Assembly: GCF_009914755.1 (NCBI RefSeq)
Contig: NC_060925.1
Length of the DNA: 64,000 nt
Source: the human T2T-CHM13v2.0 reference genome, Homo sapiens
Reading direction: 5' to 3' (one strand)
This document shows, piece by piece, positions 55,601-64,000 of the stretch. The stretch's first letter is position 1; the number at the start of each line of letters is the position of its first letter. Position numbers and translations under genes: made by a program. The notes below the pieces were generated by a model. It saw only the letters and a program-made list of their open reading frames with translations, was not told where the DNA came from and ran no database searches.

Positions 55601-57846
55601 TAGCTTTAATGAGCAGATATTTCCTTTTCCACCCCAGGCCTCGAAGCCCTCCAAATGTCCCCTTGCAGATGCTAGAAAGAGAGGGTTTCAAAGCTGCTCT
55701 ATCAAAAGGAAAGTACAACTCTGTGAGTTGAAGGCAAACATCACAAAGAAGCTCCTGAGCATGCTTCCGTTTAGCTTTCATGGGAAGATTATCCCTTTTC
55801 CATCGAAATGTTCAAAGAGGTCCACATATCCGCTTGCAGATTCCACCGAAAGAGTGTTTCCAAACTGCTGTATCAAAAGGAATCTTCAACTCCGTGAGTT
55901 GAATGCAATCATCACAAAGAAGTTTCTGACAATGCTTCTCTCTAGTTTTTATGTGAAGATATTTCCTTTTCCACCACAGGCCTGAAAGCGCTCCAAATGT
56001 CCACTTGGAGACTCTACGAAAAGAATGTTTCAAAACTGCTCTATGAAAAGCAATGTTATACTCTGGGAGTTGAACACAAGCCTCACAAAGGAGTTTCTGA
56101 GAATGCTTCTGTTTACTTTTTACGTGAAGATATTCCCGTTTCCAAAGAAATCTTCACAGACTTCCACCTATCCATTTGCAGATGCTAGAAAAAGAGAGTT
56201 TCAAAACTGCTCTATCAAAAGGAATGTTCAACTCTGTGAGTTGAATGCAGTCATCACAGAGAAGTTTCTGAGAAGGCTTCTGTCTAGATTTTATGTGAAG
56301 ATATACCCATTTCGAACGAAGGCCACAAAGTGCTCCAAATATCCACTTGCAGGTCCTCCAACAAGAGTGTTTCAAACGTGAACTATCAAAGGAAGGTTCA
56401 ACTCTGGACTTTGAATGCAAACGTCAGAAAGATGTTTCTGCGAAAGCTTCTGTTTAGTTAGGTGACGTTATCCCGTTTCCAACGAAATCCTCAGAGAGGT
56501 CCAAATATCCACCTGCAGATTCTGCAAAAAGTGTGTTTCCAAACTGCTCCACCCAAAGGCATGTTCAGCTCTGTGAGTTAAACTCAATCATCACAAAGTA
56601 TTTTCTGAGAATGCTTCTGTCCAGTTTTTACATGAAGCTGTTTCCTTTACTACCGTAGGCCTCAAAGCGTTCCAAATCTCCACTTGCAGATACTACGAAA
56701 AGGGCGTTTCAACCTGAACTCACAAGGGAAGGTTCAACTCTGTCAGTTGAATGCCAACATCACAAAGAAGTTCTGGGAATGTTTCTCTTCAGTTATGTGA
56801 GTTTTATCCCGTTTCCAACGAAATTCTCAGAGAAGTACAAATATCCACTTGCATATTCTACACAAAGTGTGTTTTGAAAGTGCTCCATCAAAAGATATGC
56901 TCAGCTCTGTGAGGTAAACTCAATCATCACAAAGAATTTTCTGAGAATGCTTCTGTCTTGTTTTAGGATGAAGTTATTTCCTTTACGACGATAGGCCTCA
57001 AAGAGGTCCAAATCTCCACTTGCAGATTCTGCAGAAGGAGTGTTTCAAACCTGAACTATCAGAGAAAGGTTCAACACTGTGAGTTGAATGCAAGCATCAC
57101 GAAGAAGGTTCTGAGAATGCTTCTGTTTAGATAGGTGAGTTTTCTCCCGTATCCAACGAAATCCTCAGAGAGGTCCAAATATCCACTTGCAGATTCTACA
57201 GAAAGTGTGTTTTGAAACTGCTCCATCCAAAGGAATGTTCAGCTCTGTGAGTTGAACTCAATCGTCACAAAGTGTTTCCTGGGAATGCTACTGTCTAGTT
57301 TTTATGGGCAGTTATATCCTCTGCTGCCATAGGCCTCAAAGCGGTCCAAATCTCCCCTTTCAGATTCTACCAAAAGTGTGTTTCCAAACGGCTCTATCAA
57401 AGGGAATGTTCAACTCTGTGACTTGCATGCAATCATCACAAAGCAGTTTCTGAGAATGCTTCCATGTAGCTTTTAGGAGAAGATATTTCCTTTTCCACCC
57501 CAGGCCTCGAAGCCCTCCAAATGTCCCCTTGCAGATGCTAGAAAGAGAGGGTTTCAAAGCTGCTCTATCAAAAGGAAAGTACAACTCTGTGAGTTGAATG
57601 CAAACATCACAAAGAAGCTCCTGAGCATGCTTCCGTTTAGCTTTCATGGGAAGATTATCCCTTTTCCATCGAAATGTTCAAAGAGGTCCACATATCCGCT
57701 TGCAGATTCCACCGAAAGAGTGTTTCCAAACTGCTGTATCAAAAGGAATCTTCAACTCCGTGAGTTGAATGCAATCATCACAAAGAAGTTTCTGACAATG
57801 CTTCTCTCTAGTTTTTATGTGAAGATATTTCCTTTTCCACCACAGG
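46651..57846. repeat. Super-HOR: second 3732-bp (2-HOR) unit, about three copies (HORs 26-31)
   Basis: 1619G (48269, 52001, 55733) linked to the TTTAATGAGC allele occurs only in HORs 26, 28 and 30. Confidence 0.82.
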
Positions 57847-60800
57847 CCTGAAAGCGCTCCAAATGTCCACTTGGAGACTCTACGAAAAGAATGTTTCAAA
57901 ACTGCTCTATGAAAAGCAATGTTATACTCTGGGAGTTGAACACAAGCCTCACAAAGGAGTTTCTGAGAATGCTTCTGTTTACTTTTTACGTGAAGATATT
58001 CCCGTTTCCAAAGAAATCTTCACAGACTTCCACCTATCCATTTGCAGATGCTAGAAAAAGAGAGTTTCAAAACTGCTCTATCAAAAGGAATGTTCAACTC
58101 TGTGAGTTGAATGCAGTCATCACAGAGAAGTTTCTGAGAAGGCTTCTGTCTAGATTTTATGTGAAGATATACCCGTTTCGAACGAAGGCCACAAAGTGCT
58201 CCAAATATCCACTTGCAGGTCCTCCAACAAGAGTGTTTCAAACGTGAACTATCAAAGGAAGGTTCAACTCTGGACTTTGAATGCAAACGTCAGAAAGATG
58301 TTTCTGCGAAAGCTTCTGTTTAGTTAGGTGACGTTATCCCGTTTCCAACGAAATCCTCAGAGAGGTCCAAATATCCACCTGCAGATTCTGCAAAAAGTGT
58401 GTTTCCAAACTGCTCCACCCAAAGGCATGTTCAGCTCTGTGACTTAAACTCAATCATCACAAAGTATTTTCTGAGAATGCTTCTGTCCAGTTTTTACATG
58501 AAGCTGTTTCCTTTACTACCGTAGGCCTCAAAGCGTTCCAAATCTCCACTTGCAGATACTACGAAAAGGGCGTTTCAACCTGAACTCACAAGGGAAGGTT
58601 CAACTCTGTCAGTTGAATGCCAACATCACAAAGAAGTTCTGGGAATGTTTCTCTTCAGTTATGTGAGTTTTATCCCGTTTCCAACGAAATTCTCAGAGAA
58701 GTACAAATATCCACTTGCATATTCTACACAAAGTGTGTTTTGAAAGTGCTCCATCAAAAGATATGCTCAGCTCTGTGAGTTAAACTCAATCATCACAAAG
58801 AATTTTCTGAGAATGCTTCTGTCTTGTTTTAGGATGAAGTTATTTCCTTTACGACGATAGGCCTCAAAGAGGTCCAAATCTCCACTTGCAGATTCTGCAG
58901 AAGGAGTGTTTCAAACCTGAACTATCAGAGAAAGGTTCAACACTGTGAGTTGAATGCAAGCATCACGAAGAAGGTTCTGAGAATGCTTCTGTTTAGATAG
59001 GTGAGTTTTCTCCCGTATCCAACGAAATCCTCAGAGAGGTCCAAATATCCACTTGCAGATTCTACAGAAAGTGTGTTTTGAAACTGCTCCATCCAAAGGA
59101 ATGTTCAGCTCTGTGAGTTGAACTCAATCGTCACAAAGTGTTTCCTGGGAATGCTACTGTCTAGTTTTTATGGGCAGTTATATCCTCTGCTGCCATAGGC
59201 CTCAAAGCGGTCCAAATCTCCCCTTTCAGATTCTACCAAAAGTGTGTTTCCAAACGGCTCTATCAAAGGGAATGTTCAACTCTGTGACTTGAATGCAATC
59301 ATCACAAAGCAGTTTCTGAGAATGCTTCCATGTAGCTTTTAGGAGAAGATATTTCCTTTTCCACCCCAGGCCTCGAAGCCCTCCAAATGTCCCCTTGCAG
59401 ATGCTAGAAAGAGAGGGTTTCAAAGCTGCTCTATCAAAAGGAAAGTACAACTCTGTGAGTTGAATGCAAACATCACAAAGAAGTTCCTGAGCATGCTTCC
59501 GTTTAGCTTTCATGGGAAGATTATCCCTTTTCCATCGAAATGTTCAAAGAGGTCCACATATCCGCTTGCAGATTCCACCGAAAGAGTGTTTCCAAACTGC
59601 TGTATCAAAAGGAATCTTCAACTCCGTGAGTTGAATGCAATCATCACAAAGAAGTTTCTGACAATGCTTCTCTCTAGTTTTTATGTGAAGATATTTCCTT
59701 TTCCACCACAGGCCTGAAAGCGCTCCAAATGTCCACTTGGAGACTCTACGAAAAGAATGTTTCAAAACTGCTCTATGAAAAGCAATGTTATACTCTGGGA
59801 GTTGAACACAAGCCTCACAAAGGAGTTTCTGAGAATGCTTCTGTTTACTTTTTACGTGAAGATATTCCCGTTTCCAAAGAAATCTTCACAGACTTCCACC
59901 TATCCATTTGCAGATGCTAGAAAAAGAGAGTTTCAAAACTGCTCTATCAAAAGGAATGTTCAACTCTGTGAGTTGAATGCAGTCATCACAGAGAAGTTTC
60001 TGAGAAGGCTTCTGTCTAGATTTTATGTGAAGATATACCCGTTTCGAACGAAGGCCACAAAGTGCTCCAAATATCCACTTGCAGGTCCTCCAACAAGAGT
60101 GTTTCAAACGTGAACTATCAAAGGAAGGTTCAACTCTGGACTTTGAATGCAAACGTCAGAAAGATGTTTCTGCGAAAGCTTCTGTTTAGTTAGGTGACGT
60201 TATCCCGTTTCCAACGAAATCCTCAGAGAGGTCCAAATATCCACCTGCAGATTCTGCAAAAAGTGTGTTTCCAAACTGCTCCACCCAAAGGCATGTTCAG
60301 CTCTGTGACTTAAACTCAATCATCACAAAGTATTTTCTGAGAATGCTTCTGTCCAGTTTTTACATGAAGCTGTTTCCTTTACTACCGTAGGCCTCAAAGC
60401 GTTCCAAATCTCCACTTGCAGATACTACGAAAAGGGCGTTTCAACCTGAACTCACAAGGGAAGGTTCAACTCTGTCAGTTGAATGCCAACATCACAAAGA
60501 AGTTCTGGGAATGTTTCTCTTCAGTTATGTGAGTTTTATCCCGTTTCCAACGAAATTCTCAGAGAAGTACAAATATCCACTTGCATATTCTACACAAAGT
60601 GTGTTTTGAAAGTGCTCCATCAAAAGATATGCTCAGCTCTGTGAGTTAAACTCAATCATCACAAAGAATTTTCTGAGAATGCTTCTGTCTTGTTTTAGGA
60701 TGAAGTTATTTCCTTTACGACGATAGGCCTCAAAGAGGTCCAAATCTCCACTTGCAGATTCTGCAGAAGGAGTGTTTCAAACCTGAACTATCAGAGAAAG

Positions 60801-63800
60801 GTTCAACACTGTGAGTTGAATGCAAGCATCACGAAGAAGGTTCTGAGAATGCTTCTGTTTAGATAGGTGAGTTTTCTCCCGTATCCAACGAAATCCTCAG
60901 AGAGGTCCAAATATCCACTTGCAGATTCTACAGAAAGTGTGTTTTGAAACTGCTCCATCCAAAGGAATGTTCAGCTCTGTGAGTTGAACTCAATCGTCAC
61001 AAAGTGTTTCCTGGGAATGCTACTGTCTAGTTTTTATGGGCAGTTATATCCTCTGCTGCCATAGGCCTCAAAGCGGTCCAAATCTCCCCTTTCAGATTCT
61101 ACCAAAAGTGTGTTTCCAAACGGCTCTATCAAAGGGAATGTTCAACTCTGTGACTTGAATGCAATCATCACAAAGCAGTTTCTGAGAATGCTTCCATGTA
61201 GCTTTTAGGAGAAGATATTTCCTTTTCCACCCCAGGCCTCGAAGCCCTCCAAATGTCCCCTTGCAGATGCTAGAAAGAGAGGGTTTCAAAGCTGCTCTAT
61301 CAAAAGGAAAGTACAACTCTGTGAGTTGAATGCAAACATCACAAAGAAGCTCCTGAGCATGCTTCCGTTTAGCTTTCATGGGAAGATTATCCCTTTTCCA
61401 TCGAAATGTTCAAAGAGGTCCACATATCCGCTTGCAGATTCCACCGAAAGAGTGTTTCCAAACTGCTGTATCAAAAGGAATCTTCAACTCCGTGAGTTGA
61501 ATGCAATCATCACAAAGAAGTTTCTGACAATGCTTCTCTCTAGTTTTTATGTGAAGATATTTCCTTTTCCACCACAGGCCTGAAAGCGCTCCAAATGTCC
61601 ACTTGGAGACTCTACGAAAAGAATGTTTCAAAACTGCTCTATGAAAAGCAATGTTATACTCTGGGAGTTGAACACAAGCCTCACAAAGGAGTTTCTGAGA
61701 ATGCTTCTGTTTACTTTTTACGTGAAGATATTCCCGTTTCCAAAGAAATCTTCACAGACTTCCACCTATCCATTTGCAGATGCTAGAAAAAGAGAGTTTC
61801 AAAACTGCTCTATCAAAAGGAATGTTCAACTCTGTGAGTTGAATGCAGTCATCACAGAGAAGTTTCTGAGAAGGCTTCTGTCTAGATTTTATGTGAAGAT
61901 ATACCCGTTTCGAACGAAGGCCACAAAGTGCTCCAAATATCCACTTGCAGGTCCTCCAACAAGAGTGTTTCAAACGTGAACTATCAAAGGAAGGTTCAAC
62001 TCTGGACTTTGAATGCAAACGTCAGAAAGATGTTTCTGCGAAAGCTTCTGTTTAGTTAGGTGACGTTATCCCGTTTCCAACGAAATCCTCAGAGAGGTCC
62101 AAATATCCACCTGCAGATTCTGCAAAAAGTGTGTTTCCAAACTGCTCCACCCAAAGGCATGTTCAGCTCTGTGAGTTAAACTCAATCATCACAAAGTATT
62201 TTCTGAGAATGCTTCTGTCCAGTTTTTACATGAAGCTGTTTCCTTTACTACCGTAGGCCTCAAAGCGTTCCAAATCTCCACTTGCAGATACTACGAAAAG
62301 GGCGTTTCAACCTGAACTCACAAGGGAAGGTTCAACTCTGTCAGTTGAATGCCAACATCACAAAGAAGTTCTGGGAATGTTTCTCTTCAGTTATGTGAGT
62401 TTTATCCCGTTTCCAACGAAATTCTCAGAGAAGTACAAATATCCACTTGCATATTCTACACAAAGTGTGTTTTGAAAGTGCTCCATCAAAAGATATGCTC
62501 AGCTCTGTGAGTTAAACTCAATCATCACAAAGAATTTTCTGAGAATGCTTCTGTCTTGTTTTAGGATGAAGTTATTTCCTTTACGACGATAGGCCTCAAA
62601 GAGGTCCAAATCTCCACTTGCAGATTCTGCAGAAGGAGTGTTTCAAACCTGAACTATCAGAGAAAGGTTCAACACTGTGAGTTGAATGCAAGCATCACGA
62701 AGAAGGTTCTGAGAATGCTTCTGTTTAGATAGGTGAGTTTTCTCCCGTATCCAACGAAATCCTCAGAGAGGTCCAAATATCCACTTGCAGATTCTACAGA
62801 AAGTGTGTTTTGAAACTGCTCCATCCAAAGGAATGTTCAGCTCTGTGAGTTGAACTCAATCGTCACAAAGTGTTTCCTGGGAATGCTACTGTCTAGTTTT
62901 TATGGGCAGTTATATCCTCTGCTGCCATAGGCCTCAAAGCGGTCCAAATCTCCCCTTTCAGATTCTACCAAAAGTGTGTTTCCAAACGGCTCTATCAAAG
63001 GGAATGTTCAACTCTGTGACTTGAATGCAATCATCACAAAGCAGTTTCTGAGAATGCTTCCATGTAGCTTTTAGGAGAAGATATTTCCTTTTCCACCCCA
63101 GGCCTCGAAGCCCTCCAAATGTCCCCTTGCAGATGCTAGAAAGAGAGGGTTTCAAAGCTGCTCTATCAAAAGGAAAGTACAACTCTGTGAGTTGAATGCA
63201 AACATCACAAAGAAGCTCCTGAGCATGCTTCCGTTTAGCTTTCATGGGAAGATTATCCCTTTTCCATCGAAATGTTCAAAGAGGTCCACATATCCGCTTG
63301 CAGATTCCACCGAAAGAGTGTTTCCAAACTGCTGTATCAAAAGGAATCTTCAACTCCGTGAGTTGAATGCAATCATCACAAAGAAGTTTCTGACAATGCT
63401 TCTCTCTAGTTTTTATGTGAAGATATTTCCTTTTCCACCACAGGCCTGAAAGCGCTCCAAATGTCCACTTGGAGACTCTACGAAAAGAATGTTTCAAAAC
63501 TGCTCTATGAAAAGCAATGTTATACTCTGGGAGTTGAACACAAGCCTCACAAAGGAGTTTCTGAGAATGCTTCTGTTTACTTTTTACGTGAAGATATTCC
63601 CGTTTCCAAAGAAATCTTCACAGACTTCCACCTATCCATTTGCAGATGCTAGAAAAAGAGAGTTTCAAAACTGCTCTATCAAAAGGAATGTTCAACTCTG
63701 TGAGTTGAATGCAGTCATCACAGAGAAGTTTCTGAGAAGGCTTCTGTCTAGATTTTATGTGAAGATATACCCGTTTCGAACGAAGGCCACAAAGTGCTCC

Positions 63801-64000
63801 AAATATCCACTTGCAGGTCCTCCAACAAGAGTGTTTCAAACGTGAACTATCAAAGGAAGGTTCAACTCTGGACTTTGAATGCAAACGTCAGAAAGATGTT
63901 TCTGCGAAAGCTTCTGTTTAGTTAGGTGACGTTATCCCGTTTCCAACGAAATCCTCAGAGAGGTCCAAATATCCACCTGCAGATTCTGCAAAAAGTGTGT

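Larger units (their letters stand above)
1..64000. repeat. Centromeric alpha-satellite HOR array, 1866-bp 11-mer, about 34.3 tandem copies in one orientation
   Basis: The opening CCTGAAAGCGCTCCAAATGTCC recurs at 1, 1867, 3733 ... 63445, and every ORF class in the track shifts by exactly 1866 bp. Hallmark alphoid motifs recur about every 171 bp: CCAAATATCCACTTGCAGATTCTAC, TTCAACTCTGTGAGTTGAATGCA, CATCACAAAGAAGTTTCTGAGAATGCTTCT. Confidence 0.99.
1..64000. other. D1Z5: Probable identity: human chromosome 1 SF3 alpha-satellite array D1Z5 (S3C1H2, pSD1-1-type 1.9-kb 11-mer)
   Basis: 11 monomers in 1866 bp with a single HindIII site per unit. Short monomers lead into TCCCGTTTCCAACGAAATCCTCAGAGAGGTCC and there are adjacent box-bearing monomers, both resembling SF3 arrays (DXZ1/D17Z1 relatives) rather than strictly dimeric SF1/SF2. 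Recalled from the literature, not aligned; other 11-mers (D8Z2, D13Z1/D21Z1) are not formally excluded. Confidence 0.72.

Noticed and set aside
17-63884. Recurrent 63-157 aa ORFs on both strands as protein-coding genes
   Set aside because: They are translations of alpha satellite. A 171-bp monomer is 57 codons, so frames stay open across monomers and give internally repeated peptides. They overlap in several frames and show no recognisable domain.
1-64000. CRISPR-like repeat-spacer array or other prokaryotic system
   Set aside because: There are no unique spacers, since all intervening sequence is itself repeated, and no cas or other genes. The sequence is primate alphoid DNA.
1-64000. Hidden L1/Alu insertion or inversion
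   Set aside because: The constant 1866-bp phase and single orientation from start to end leave no room for one. No poly(A) tail or target-site duplication was seen.

Overview
The whole 64 kb window is one uninterrupted, single-orientation array of primate (very probably human) centromeric alpha-satellite DNA. It holds about 34.3 head-to-tail copies of a 1866-bp higher-order repeat (HOR). Each HOR has 11 monomers: eight of 171 bp plus three of 166, 165 and 167 bp. Each HOR also carries four intact CENP-B boxes, two degenerate boxes, two pJalpha-like sites and one HindIII site. Monomer sequence, 11-mer size and the 1.9-kb HindIII period best fit the SF3 chromosome 1 array D1Z5 (S3C1H2); this is recognition from memory, not an alignment. 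No genes, RNA genes, transposons, inversions or length variants were seen, and the listed ORFs are incidental frames in satellite DNA. The informative structure lies in single-base variants, which reveal repeats above the HOR level: a 2-HOR unit x3 (HORs 8-13), a 4-HOR unit x2 (HORs 14-21), a second 2-HOR unit x3 (HORs 26-31), a T/C site alternating strictly over 16 HORs, a haplotype boundary near 45.7 kb beside a variant-rich junction, and one CENP-B box lost by CpG decay. I found no previously undescribed gene system. HOR n starts at 1+1866*(n-1), and 'offset' means position within the HOR. Variants were read by eye, so some may have been missed.
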